Below, piece after piece: positions 45,943 to 54,338 of a stretch of 64,000 nt of DNA. The notes below the pieces were generated by a model. The model was given only the letters and a program-made list of their open reading frames with translations, was not told the DNA's origin and searched no databases. The stretch is from assembly GCA_035512495.1 (NCBI GenBank), contig DATKDW010000047.1, forward strand, positions 3,718-67,717. The letters are read 5' to 3'. The first letter of the stretch is position 1. Each line of letters begins with the position of its first letter. The translations under genes were made by a program, and so were the position numbers. This DNA is from Acidimicrobiales bacterium. GTDB taxonomy: Bacteria; Actinomycetota; Acidimicrobiia; Acidimicrobiales; CADCSY01.

Positions 45943-46619
45943 GCGAGGGCTCGCCAGCGGCCACCGGCGTCGGTGAGCCCGAGGCGACGGGCCCCGACGG
46001 GGCTCGCTCCGGCTCCCGGAGCCGCCACCGCCAGCTCGCCGTCGAGACGGCGGTCCTCCTCGGGGTGGCCGTCGTCATCGCGGTGGTGCTCCGCGCCTTC
46101 TTCGGCCAGGCGTTCTTCATCCCCTCGGCGTCGATGACGCCCCAGCTCGAGGTGGGTGACCGCGTCGTGGTCTCCAAGCTGTCGTACCGCCTCCACGACC
46201 CACGTCGCGGCGACGTGGTGGTCTTCGACTGCCCACCCCGCTCCCGCTGTCCGGAGCCCGATGCCGACACCAACGTCGTCGTCCGCGGGCTGCGCGTCAC
46301 GCTCGAGGCCGTCGGCCTGCGCCAGCCGTCGACGTCGGACTTCATCAAGCGGGTCATCGCCTTGCCAGGGGAGCAGGTGGAGGGCCGAGAGGGCTCGGTG
46401 TGGATCGATGGCTTCCGTCTGGTGGAGCCGTACCTGCCGGAGGGCACCCGGACCTCTGACTTCGACCCCGTCACCCTGCCCGACGGCACCGTCTGGGTGA
46501 TGGGCGACAACCGGACGGGCTCGAGCGACAGCCGCAGCTTCGGCCCCGTCGACACCGACACCATCGTCGGTCGGGCGGTGTGGCGGGTGTGGCCGCCCCT
46601 GAGGGTGGCGTTCCTCTGA
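45939..46619 (+). CDS. lepB: Signal peptidase I
   Basis: Catalytic Ser box [10 protein letters not shown], Lys box KRVIALPGE, and [16 protein letters not shown]. The start codon is uncertain (TTG 45939 overlaps the rplS stop). Confidence 0.85.
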   Translation: MSEGSPAATGVGEPEATGPDGARSGSRSRHRQLAVETAVLLGVAVVIAVVLRAFFGQAFFIPSASMTPQLEVGDRVVVSKLSYRLHDPRRGDVVVFDCPPRSRCPEPDADTNVVVRGLRVTLEAVGLRQPSTSDFIKRVIALPGEQVEGREGSVWIDGFRLVEPYLPEGTRTSDFDPVTLPDGTVWVMGDNRTGSSDSRSFGPVDTDTIVGRAVWRVWPPLRVAFL

Positions 46620-46707
46620 TCGGCCGGGGGAGGGGGCTTGTGCTGCGGGCTCCGATCGAGGATCGTGGGCGGGTGCGGCGACCCGTGAAGATCCAGGCCC
46701 CCTGCCG

Positions 46708-47004
46708 ATGAGCACGGAGGACGTCGAGCGGTACGAGGCCGAGATCGAGCTCCAGCTCTACAAGGAGTACAAAGACGTCTGCCCGATGTTCTCCTACGTG
46801 GTGGAGACCGAACGGCGCTTCTACCTGGCAAACGAGGTCGAGCAGGTCATCCACGACGAGGGGGGCCGCAGCTGGGTCGAGCTGCACCTCCACGACGCCT
46901 GGGTGTGGGACATGTACCGCCAGACCCGCTTCGTCTCGGGGGTGAGGATCGTGACGTTCAAGGACGTCAACGTCGAGGAGCTCCCGAAGAAGGAGATGAT
47001 CTGA
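46708..47004 (+). CDS. DUF2469 family protein
   Basis: MSTEDVERYEAEIELQLYKEYKDV... is a 98-aa actinobacterial protein that sits conserved between lepB and yraN. Confidence 0.8.
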   Translation: MSTEDVERYEAEIELQLYKEYKDVCPMFSYVVETERRFYLANEVEQVIHDEGGRSWVELHLHDAWVWDMYRQTRFVSGVRIVTFKDVNVEELPKKEMI

Positions 47005-47007
47005 GCC

Positions 47008-47352
47008 GTGACCAAGCAGCGCCTGGTCCTCGGCGCGGCAGGGGAGGACCTGGCGGCGGCCTGGTACGCCGCCCGGGGCTATGAGGCGGTGGCCCGGAAC
47101 TGGCGGTGCCGCGAGGGCGAGCTCGACCTGATCGTTCGCCGGGGGCGGCTCTACGTGGTGTGCGAGGTGAAGGCGCGGTCGTCGCTGGCCTTCGGCTCCC
47201 CGCTGGAGGCGGTCACCGAGCAGAAGCAGCGGCGCATCCGGCGACTGGCGGCGCAGTGGTTGGAGGGCGCGTCGGTGCGGGCCGCAGAGGTCCGCTTCGA
47301 CGTGGCCGCCGTGCTCGCCGGAGAGATCGAGGTGGTGGAGGGCGCCTTCTGA
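47008..47352 (+). CDS. YraN family (UPF0102) endonuclease-like protein
   Basis: GEDLAAAWY...RNWRCREGELDLIV...VVCEVKAR is a PD-(D/E)xK-like core. Confidence 0.8.
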   Translation: MTKQRLVLGAAGEDLAAAWYAARGYEAVARNWRCREGELDLIVRRGRLYVVCEVKARSSLAFGSPLEAVTEQKQRRIRRLAAQWLEGASVRAAEVRFDVAAVLAGEIEVVEGAF

Positions 47353-47372
47353 GGCCGCAGGCGGGCCAAGGG

Positions 47373-47486
47373 TCAGATGGCACCGGCGGCCCAGGCGAGG
47401 AGGGCGAGGGCGACCAGCAGGCCGGCCGCCACGAAGGCGTAGTCGGCCGGTGAGCGGCGCTGCGGCCGGAACGGGTTGAAGCCCAT
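47373..47486 (-). CDS. Candidate 37-aa membrane peptide (unlisted sORF)
   Basis: MGFNPFRPQRRSPADYAFVAAGLLVALALLAWAAGAI has a basic N-terminus and a single TM helix. 34 of 37 codons end in G or C. It starts 15 nt after the rpiB stop on the same strand. No clear SD. Confidence 0.3.
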   Translation of the reverse strand: MGFNPFRPQRRSPADYAFVAAGLLVALALLAWAAGAI

Positions 47487-47501
47487 GGTCGGTCGGCGGG
47501 G

Positions 47502-47960
47502 TCAGGTCCCCTGCCCCGCCTCCTCCTGCTCGATGGTGGCGATCTGGTCGAGGCGGGCCACGTGGCGGTCGCCCTCGAAGGAGGCGGCCAGGAAGGCGTC
47601 GACGATCACCAGGGCGAGCGTGGTGCCGAGCAGCCGCCCGCCGAGCGAGAGCACGTTGGCGTCGTTGTGCTGGCGGGCGAGGCGCGCCGTGAGCTCGTCG
47701 TGGCACAGCGCGGCCCGCACGCCGCGGACCTTGTTGGCGGCGATGGCCTCGCCCTGGCCGCTGCCCCCGAGGACGATGCCGAGGTCGGCGTCGCCTCGTA
47801 CCACCGCCCGGCCCACCCCCGCGCAGAACGGGGGGTAGTCGACGGGTGCGTCGCTGTCGGTGCCGAGGTCGTCGACCTCGTGGCCGCGGGCGGCGAGGTG
47901 CTCGGCGACCACCGCCTTGAGCAGGAAGCCGGCATGGTCGGAGCCGATGGCGATCCTCAT
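47502..47960 (-). CDS. rpiB: Ribose-5-phosphate isomerase B
   Basis: MRIAIGSDHAGF and GGSGQGEAIAANKVRGVRAA. ATG 47960 is preferred over the track start at 48026. Confidence 0.9.
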   Translation of the reverse strand: MRIAIGSDHAGFLLKAVVAEHLAARGHEVDDLGTDSDAPVDYPPFCAGVGRAVVRGDADLGIVLGGSGQGEAIAANKVRGVRAALCHDELTARLARQHNDANVLSLGGRLLGTTLALVIVDAFLAASFEGDRHVARLDQIATIEQEEAGQGT

Positions 47961-48109
47961 AGGCCTGCCATGTTGCCCCACGTCTGGGCGGTGCGTGACC
48001 GACGCCGCCGGCAGCGTCACCGTCACACCCCCTCCCTAGGGTGATCCCCAGCGCTCGAGCGGCCGGCGTCCGGCCCTCCTCCACCGTCGTCGTGAGAGGA
48101 GCGTGCCCC

Positions 48110-49618
48110 GTGCTCGCAACCATCCCCGCCGCCACCCTCATCGGGGTCGAGGGCCGGCCCGTCTCGGTCGAGGTCCACGTGGCCGGCGGCCTGCCCACCT
48201 TCACCGTGGTCGGCCTGCCCGACGCCGCCTGCCGTGAGTCGCGCGACCGCGTCCGGGCGGCCTGCACGTCGAGCGACCTGCCCTGGCCGCTCAAGCGCCT
48301 CACGGTCAACCTGGCGCCGAGTGGGCTCCGCAAGAACGGCGCCGGTCTCGACCTGGCCATCGCGGTCGGCCTGCTGGTGGCCGCGGGTGAGGTCCCCGCC
48401 GAGGCAGTGGCGGGTGCGGCCTTCCTCGGCGAGCTCGGTCTCGACGGGTCCGTCCGTCCCGTCCCGGGGATGCTTCCCCTGGTCGACGCCATCGAGGCCC
48501 CGGTCGTGGTGGTGCCGATGGCCGGCACGGCCGAGGCCTCGCTCCTCGGCCGGCACAAGGTCAGGCCCGTCGAGCACCTGCGCGGGCTGGTCGACGCCCT
48601 GCGAGGTGACGAGCCCTGGCCCGACGCGCCGGCCCCGGTCACCGAGCTCTTCGACGGTCCCGAGCCCGACCTGGCCGACGTCCGGGGCCACGGCACAGCA
48701 CGCCTGGCGCTCGAGGTCGCCGCCGCCGGTGGGCACCACCTGCTCATGGTGGGCCCACCCGGCGCCGGCAAGACGATGCTCGCCCGGCGCCTCCCGGCGC
48801 TGCTGCCCGACCTCGACGACGACGCCGCCCTCGAGGCCACCCGGGTCCACTCCGCCAGCGGGCTCCGGCTCCCCGCCTCCGGGTTGGTCCGGCGACCCCC
48901 GCTGCGGGCCCCACATCACGGAGCGTCGGCGGTGTCGCTCATCGGTGGCGGGACGGCAGCCATGCACCCCGGGGAGATCTCTCTGGCGAGCGGTGGCGTG
49001 CTCTTCCTCGATGAGCTGGGCGAGTTCCCGACCGCCGTGCTCGACGCGCTCCGCCAACCGCTCGAGGAGGGCGTCGTGCGGGTCGCCCGGGCCCGGGCGT
49101 CGGTCACCTACCCGGCCCGCTTCTTGCTCATCGGGGCCATGAACCCCTGCCCGTGCGGCCTCGGTGGCCCACCCGGCGCCTGCCGGTGCAGCGACGCCGC
49201 CAGGGCTCGATACTCCCGCCGGCTCTCGGGGCCGCTCCTCGACCGGTTCGACCTGCGGGTCGACATCGTGCGCCCGGCGGCCGGCGACCTCCTGGCCGGC
49301 CCGCCGGGAGAGGCCTCGGTGGTGGTGGCCGAGCGGGTGGCCGGCGCCCGGGCCCGGGCGGCGGAGCGGGGAGTGGGGTGCAACGCCCGGCTCGAGCCCG
49401 ACCAGCTCGATCGAGAGGCGCCGCTGAGCGGTGGGGCATCGGTGATCCTCGAGGACCAGCTCCGCATGGGTCGCCTCTCGGCTCGGGGGCTCCACCGGGT
49501 GCGGCGGGTGGCCCTCACCCTGGCCGACCTGGGCGGCCGTGGCGCTCCCCTCGGCGAGGAGGACGTCTGCATGGCTCTCCAGCTTCGGGCCGAGCCCGAG
49601 CTGCTGGGGGTGGTCTGA
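48110..49618 (+). CDS. YifB/ComM family Mg-chelatase-like AAA+ ATPase
   Basis: N-terminal Lon-like domain, Walker A GPPGAGKTMLARRL, Walker B VLFLDELGEF and a Cys cluster CPCG...CRC. GTG 48110 has a GAGAGGA SD 9 nt upstream. Confidence 0.9.
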   Translation: MLATIPAATLIGVEGRPVSVEVHVAGGLPTFTVVGLPDAACRESRDRVRAACTSSDLPWPLKRLTVNLAPSGLRKNGAGLDLAIAVGLLVAAGEVPAEAVAGAAFLGELGLDGSVRPVPGMLPLVDAIEAPVVVVPMAGTAEASLLGRHKVRPVEHLRGLVDALRGDEPWPDAPAPVTELFDGPEPDLADVRGHGTARLALEVAAAGGHHLLMVGPPGAGKTMLARRLPALLPDLDDDAALEATRVHSASGLRLPASGLVRRPPLRAPHHGASAVSLIGGGTAAMHPGEISLASGGVLFLDELGEFPTAVLDALRQPLEEGVVRVARARASVTYPARFLLIGAMNPCPCGLGGPPGACRCSDAARARYSRRLSGPLLDRFDLRVDIVRPAAGDLLAGPPGEASVVVAERVAGARARAAERGVGCNARLEPDQLDREAPLSGGASVILEDQLRMGRLSARGLHRVRRVALTLADLGGRGAPLGEEDVCMALQLRAEPELLGVV

Positions 49619-50739
49619 TGACGGGCTCGGGCACGGTTCCGGCCGCGGCGGCGCTCGCCGCCCTGGCCGGGCTGCCGGGGATGGGCCCCCGCCGCCTGGC
49701 GGTGCTGCTGATGGCCTGGGACCCGCCCGAGGCGTGGCGACGGGTCGCGAGCGGCTCGGTGGAGGCCTCGGTGTTGGCCCTCGGCGGGGCGCGCGTGGGT
49801 GCCGACGTGCTCGTGCGGTGGCGACTGGAGGCGGCATGTGTCGACCTCGACGTCCTCTGGCGGCGACACCTCGACGCCGGTGTGGGCGTCAGCGGGCCGG
49901 GCGACCTGGGGTTCCCCGCCGCCCTCGCCGACGACCCGGAGCCGCCCGCGCTGCTGTTCCACCAGGGCGACCCGGGCGTGCTCGACCGCCCCCGGGTGGC
50001 GGTGGTCGGCACCCGTCGCTGCACCCACACCGGCCGGCAGGTCGCCCGCGAGCTCGGGGCCGACCTGGCCGCCGCGGGAGTGTGCGTGGTCTCGGGCCTG
50101 GCGCTCGGGATCGACGGCGCCGCCCACGTCGGCGCCCTCGAGGCCGGTGGGGCGCCGCCGGTGGCGGTGGTGGCGACGGGCCTCGACATCGCCTACCCCC
50201 GTCGCCACGCCAGCCTCTGGGCCGAGGTCGCCGCCGCCGGGGCCGTCCTCTCCGAGTACCCGCTCGGCACGACGGTCGAGCCGTGGCGGTTCCCCGCACG
50301 GAACCGGATCATCGCCGGCCTGGCCGACGTGGTGGTCGTGGTGGAGAGCCCGGCCAGGGGCGGTTCGATGCACACCGTCGAGGCCGCACTGGCCCGTGAT
50401 CGCGCGGTGATGGCCGTGCCCGGGTCGGTGCGGTCCCCGGCCTCCGTGGGCACCAACGGCCTCCTCTCGTCGGGGGCGACCCCGGCGCGCGACGCCGCCG
50501 ACGTCCTCGTCGCGTTGGGCATGGCCTCCCGTGCACCGGTCCGCGACCGACCCGACCCGCCGGGGGGAGACGCCGGCGCTGTCCTCGATGCCCTCGGAGG
50601 CGACCCGGCGACCATGGAGCAGCTCGCCGGCCGCCTCGACGTCCCACTCGGCCCGCTGGCCGTGCACCTTGCCGCCCTCGAGTCGTCGGGCTGGGTCGTC
50701 CGCCACGGCGCCTGGTACGAGCGCTCGCAGCCGGGGTGA
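49618..50739 (+). CDS. dprA: DNA-processing protein DprA
   Basis: Rossmann core VVGTRRCTHTGRQVARELGADLAAAGVCVVSGLALGIDGAAH and a C-terminal winged helix. Its ATG overlaps the comM-like TGA. Confidence 0.85.
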   Translation: MTGSGTVPAAAALAALAGLPGMGPRRLAVLLMAWDPPEAWRRVASGSVEASVLALGGARVGADVLVRWRLEAACVDLDVLWRRHLDAGVGVSGPGDLGFPAALADDPEPPALLFHQGDPGVLDRPRVAVVGTRRCTHTGRQVARELGADLAAAGVCVVSGLALGIDGAAHVGALEAGGAPPVAVVATGLDIAYPRRHASLWAEVAAAGAVLSEYPLGTTVEPWRFPARNRIIAGLADVVVVVESPARGGSMHTVEAALARDRAVMAVPGSVRSPASVGTNGLLSSGATPARDAADVLVALGMASRAPVRDRPDPPGGDAGAVLDALGGDPATMEQLAGRLDVPLGPLAVHLAALESSGWVVRHGAWYERSQPG

Positions 50740-50800
50740 CGGCGCGTCCCCCGGCCGGCCCGGCCCGGTGGCGTGCCCCACCGGGCCACGCCGACGCCGG

Positions 50801-50806
50801 TAGCGT
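50801..50806 (+). promoter_or_regulatory. -10 box TAGCGT for leaderless xerC
   Basis: GGTAGCGT followed by 6 nt, then GTG 50813. No SD. Confidence 0.4.
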
Positions 50807-50812
50807 GCAGGT

Positions 50813-51712
50813 GTGCCCTGGGAGCTCGATGGCTTCACCACCTCGCTCACCTCGGTCTCCCCGAGCACCGTCGACGCCTACCGGCGCGACGTCGCGGCGT
50901 TCGTCGAGTGGGCGGGCAGGTCCGGCGTGAGCAGCCCCGACGCGGTCGACCGGCGCCTCCTTCGCCGGTACCTCGCTCACCTGGCGACCCGCCGGTACGC
51001 CCGGCGCACCATCGCCCGCAAGGCATCTTCCGTCCGGCGGTACTTCGGGTGGCTCACCCGAACCGGCCGGTTGGGTGCCGATCCGTCGGCCGGGCTCTCG
51101 GCGCCGTCGGGCACCGGCCGGCTCCCGCGGGTGCTGAAGGCCGACGAGCTCACCACCCTGCTCGACGACCCGCCGGCCGCCATCGACGACGACGACCCGG
51201 CGGTGCGCCTCCGCGACGACGCCGTGCTCGAGCTGCTCTACGGCAGTGGCCTGCGGGTGGCAGAGCTCTGCGCACTGCGCCCCGAGGACGTCGCCGCCGA
51301 CGGCCGCACCGTCACCGTCTGGGGCAAGGGCTCCAAGCAGCGCCGGGTGCCGGTGAGCGCCCCGGCCGCCGACGCGGTGGCCGGGTGGTTCGCCCGGGGT
51401 CGTGCCCAGCTCGCCAGCGGCGAGACGCCCGACGACGCCCTGTTCCTCAACCGCCGCGGCCGCCGCCTCGGCACCCGCGACGTCCGGCGCATCCTCGACC
51501 GCCGGGCCTCCTCGCCCACCCACCCCCACGCCCTCCGCCACACCTTCGCCACCCACCTCCTCGACGGGGGCGCCGACCTGCGCGCCGTGCTGGAGCTGCT
51601 GGGTCACGCCGACCTGTCGACGACCCAGCACTACACTCACGTCAGCAAGGAGCGGCTGCGTTCCGTCTACGAGGCGGCACATCCACGCGCTCGACCGGCA
51701 AGCAGGGACTGA
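50813..51712 (+). CDS. xerC: Tyrosine recombinase XerC
   Basis: SAM-like N-domain and catalytic HALRHTFATHLL...LLGHADLSTTQHYTHV. The GTG lies 6 nt after TAGCGT. Confidence 0.9.
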   Translation: MPWELDGFTTSLTSVSPSTVDAYRRDVAAFVEWAGRSGVSSPDAVDRRLLRRYLAHLATRRYARRTIARKASSVRRYFGWLTRTGRLGADPSAGLSAPSGTGRLPRVLKADELTTLLDDPPAAIDDDDPAVRLRDDAVLELLYGSGLRVAELCALRPEDVAADGRTVTVWGKGSKQRRVPVSAPAADAVAGWFARGRAQLASGETPDDALFLNRRGRRLGTRDVRRILDRRASSPTHPHALRHTFATHLLDGGADLRAVLELLGHADLSTTQHYTHVSKERLRSVYEAAHPRARPASRD

Positions 51713-51715
51713 CCA

Positions 51716-52501
51716 TTGGAGATCGACGACCCAGCCGAGATCGACCGGATGTGGGCCGCCTACAAGGCCGACGGCACCATGGCGCTCCGAGACCAGCTGA
51801 TCGTGCACTACTCGCCGCTGGTGAAGTACGTCGCCGGCCGCGTCGCCGTGGGCCTGCCGCAGAACGTGGAGCAGGCAGACCTCGTGAGCTACGGGATCTT
51901 CGGGCTCATCGATGCCATCGACAAGTTCGACCTCGAGCGGGGCTTCAAGTTCGAGACCTACGCGATCTCCCGGATCAAGGGCGCCATCCTCGATGAGCTG
52001 CGCTCGATCGACTGGGTCCCCCGGTCGGTGCGGGCCAAGGCCCGCGCCCTCGAGAAGGCCTACGCCAAGCTCGAGGCCCTGGAGCACCGCAGCCCGACCG
52101 ATGCCGAGCTGGCCCTGGAGCTCGACATGACCGAGACCCAGCTCCAGACCACCTTGAGCCAGATCTCCTTCATCGGCCTGGTCGCCCTCGACGAGATGCT
52201 CTCGGTCGGCGGCGACCGTGGCGAGTCGCTGACCCTCGGCGACACCGTGGCCGACAAGGGTCAGGGTCCCGTGGCGGCCTACGAGGTCGAGGAGATGCGC
52301 CACATCCTCGCCGAGGCCATCAACAGCATGCCCGAGCGCGAGAAGGTCGTGCTCACCCTCTACTACTACGAGGGCCTCACCCTGGCCGAGATCGGCGAGG
52401 TCCTCGGCGTCACCGAGAGCCGAGTGTGCCAGATCCACACCAAGTCGGTGATCCACCTCCGCTCCAAGATCGCCGCCACCGAGCGCGAGCCCGCAAGCTG
52501 A
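51716..52501 (+). CDS. whiG: FliA/WhiG-family RNA polymerase sigma factor
   Basis: Region 2 is [37 protein letters not shown]. Region 3 follows. Region 4 is [25 protein letters not shown]. The neighbourhood (xerC upstream, M23, rpsB-tsf-pyrH-frr-cdsA downstream) matches Streptomyces whiG. TTG start is uncertain. Confidence 0.8.
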   Translation: MEIDDPAEIDRMWAAYKADGTMALRDQLIVHYSPLVKYVAGRVAVGLPQNVEQADLVSYGIFGLIDAIDKFDLERGFKFETYAISRIKGAILDELRSIDWVPRSVRAKARALEKAYAKLEALEHRSPTDAELALELDMTETQLQTTLSQISFIGLVALDEMLSVGGDRGESLTLGDTVADKGQGPVAAYEVEEMRHILAEAINSMPEREKVVLTLYYYEGLTLAEIGEVLGVTESRVCQIHTKSVIHLRSKIAATEREPAS

Positions 52502-52605
52502 CCCTTCCCTTGCCGCTGTCCCGGCGGTAGGTTCCACCTCGCACCACCCCGGCGCCCACCGCCGGTCGCTTCCCCGAGCGACGCACCACCTCCCGGGGAG
52601 CTCCC

Positions 52606-54291
52606 GTGGGCACCACCCTCCGTCCGTGCCTTCGCGCCGCGCTGGCCGCGCTGCTCGTCTTCACCGTCCTCGCCGCGCCGGCGGTCCCTGCCGGTGCGGA
52701 GCCTGCCGGCGCCCACAGCCCACCGGTCGACGGCCCGGTCGTCGACCTGTGGCGGCCGCCCCCCACGCCCTACGGCGCGGGCAACCGCGGGATCGACTAC
52801 CGGACCGAGCCAGGGGAGGGGGTCCGCGCCTCGGCGGCGGGCGAGGTGACCTTCGCCGGCTCGGTCGGCGGCAGCCTCCACGTCACGGTCCTCCACGAGG
52901 ACGGGTTGCGCACCTCGTACTCGTTCCTGGCGTCGGTGAGCGTCCGGCGGGGCGACGCGGTCGGGCGGGGTCAGGTCGTGGGCACCGCATCCGAGCGCCT
53001 GCACTTCGGCGCCCGTGCCGGTGAGCGCTACGTCGACCCCGGGCTGCTGCTCGGTGGCGGGGAGGTGGCCGTCCACCTCGTGCCGGTCGCCCTGCGGTCG
53101 CCACAGCCGGAGGCCACGGAGCGCCACTGGCTGGCGGGGATCGCCGCCACCGGGCTGGCCCGGGTGGCCTCAGCGGTGGCGTGGGCAGCCGACAGCGCCG
53201 TCGTGCCCCACTACGTGGCGCAGTGGGTGGGCCTGGCCGGACACCTGGGCGACCTGCGCGACCGGGCCCGCCTCTTCAGCGACGGCCAGGACGGTTGCAC
53301 GCCCTCGTCCTCCCCGCTGCCACCGCGTCCGCCCGGGCGGCGCATCGCCGTCCTCGTCGCCGGCTTTGGCTCCCGCGGCGGGGATGCCAGCATCCTCGGC
53401 CTCGACACCGAGGCGCTCGGCTACGCCGCTGCGGACGTGGCCCAGCTGTCGTACCGGGGTGGGCGCGTCCCGGGTGTGGGCAACCTCCTCGGTGTCCCGG
53501 TCACCGGGTATGAGCCGGCGGACTCCACCGTCGACATCCGCACCTCGGCCCAGCACCTTCGCGAGCTGCTGGCCTCCATCCGGGCGGCCCACCCCGGCGT
53601 GCCCGTCGACGTGTTCGCCCACTCCCAGGGCGGGGTGGTGGCCCGCGTCGCCCTCGGGCGCGACGGCGACGGCCTCGACCCACGACTGCCCGAGGTCGGC
53701 CACCTCGTCACCCTCGGCACCCCACACCACGGCACCGACCTGGCCACGGCCGGGGCCCTGCTGCTCACCACCCGGGCCGGCGAGCTGGCGGCCGCGGTGG
53801 CGTCTCGGGCCACCGGCGGGGAGCTCGCCCTCGACAGCGACGCCGCTCGCCAGCTGGCGGAGACGTCCGGCCTGGTGCGAGGCCTCGCCGAGCGCCGGCT
53901 GCCGCCGGGGACGGCGGTCACGTCGATCGCGGCCCGGGGCGACCTCGTCGTCCCCGCCCTCCACAGTGCCCTCGAGGGTGCGACCAACGTCGTCGTCGCC
54001 CTCGACGGCGTCAGGGCCCACGGGGCATTGCCCTCCTCGCCAGAGGCGCATCGGGAGGTGGCGTTGGCCCTCGCCGGAGCCGGGCCCACGTGCCGGCGGG
54101 TGGGCCCCGACCTGACCATCGCCGCCGGCATCAGCCTGGCCCAGGACGCGGTGGGCACCATCGCCGGGGTCGCCGGGTTGGTGCTCGACGGCCACCGGGT
54201 GCGACCATCGTCTCGGATCGGGATGCTCCCTCCGGGCGACGACGACCTCGACCCGCCGTGCCCCGCAGCGGGGTGCGGCGGTGGCGGGTGA
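52606..54291 (+). CDS. Secreted fusion protein: degenerate LytM/M23 domain + lipase-like alpha/beta hydrolase domain
   Basis: Signal peptide first. The M23 fold (aa ~50-150) has NRGID in place of HxxxD and RLH in place of HxH. The C-terminal half has AHSQGG (Ser340, nt 53623-53625) and LGTPHHG, as in lipase class 2/PGAP1-like esterases. Confidence 0.75.
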   Translation: MGTTLRPCLRAALAALLVFTVLAAPAVPAGAEPAGAHSPPVDGPVVDLWRPPPTPYGAGNRGIDYRTEPGEGVRASAAGEVTFAGSVGGSLHVTVLHEDGLRTSYSFLASVSVRRGDAVGRGQVVGTASERLHFGARAGERYVDPGLLLGGGEVAVHLVPVALRSPQPEATERHWLAGIAATGLARVASAVAWAADSAVVPHYVAQWVGLAGHLGDLRDRARLFSDGQDGCTPSSSPLPPRPPGRRIAVLVAGFGSRGGDASILGLDTEALGYAAADVAQLSYRGGRVPGVGNLLGVPVTGYEPADSTVDIRTSAQHLRELLASIRAAHPGVPVDVFAHSQGGVVARVALGRDGDGLDPRLPEVGHLVTLGTPHHGTDLATAGALLLTTRAGELAAAVASRATGGELALDSDAARQLAETSGLVRGLAERRLPPGTAVTSIAARGDLVVPALHSALEGATNVVVALDGVRAHGALPSSPEAHREVALALAGAGPTCRRVGPDLTIAAGISLAQDAVGTIAGVAGLVLDGHRVRPSSRIGMLPPGDDDLDPPCPAAGCGGGG

Positions 54292-54338
54292 GCCCGCACG
54301 GGGAGGACCGGGGACGGGCGGCAGCGAAGGTGTTCCTC

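Noticed and set aside
48110-50739. comM-like and dprA genes as a competence island.
   Set aside because: Both are near-universal housekeeping genes in this exact position (after yraN, before xerC) in non-competent actinobacteria. There are no pilus or com genes nearby.
50813-51712. Tyrosine recombinase as a marker of an integrated element.
   Set aside because: It has the XerC-type motifs and sits in the conserved dprA-xerC-whiG-rpsB housekeeping neighbourhood. There is no flanking tRNA, direct repeats or phage/plasmid genes.
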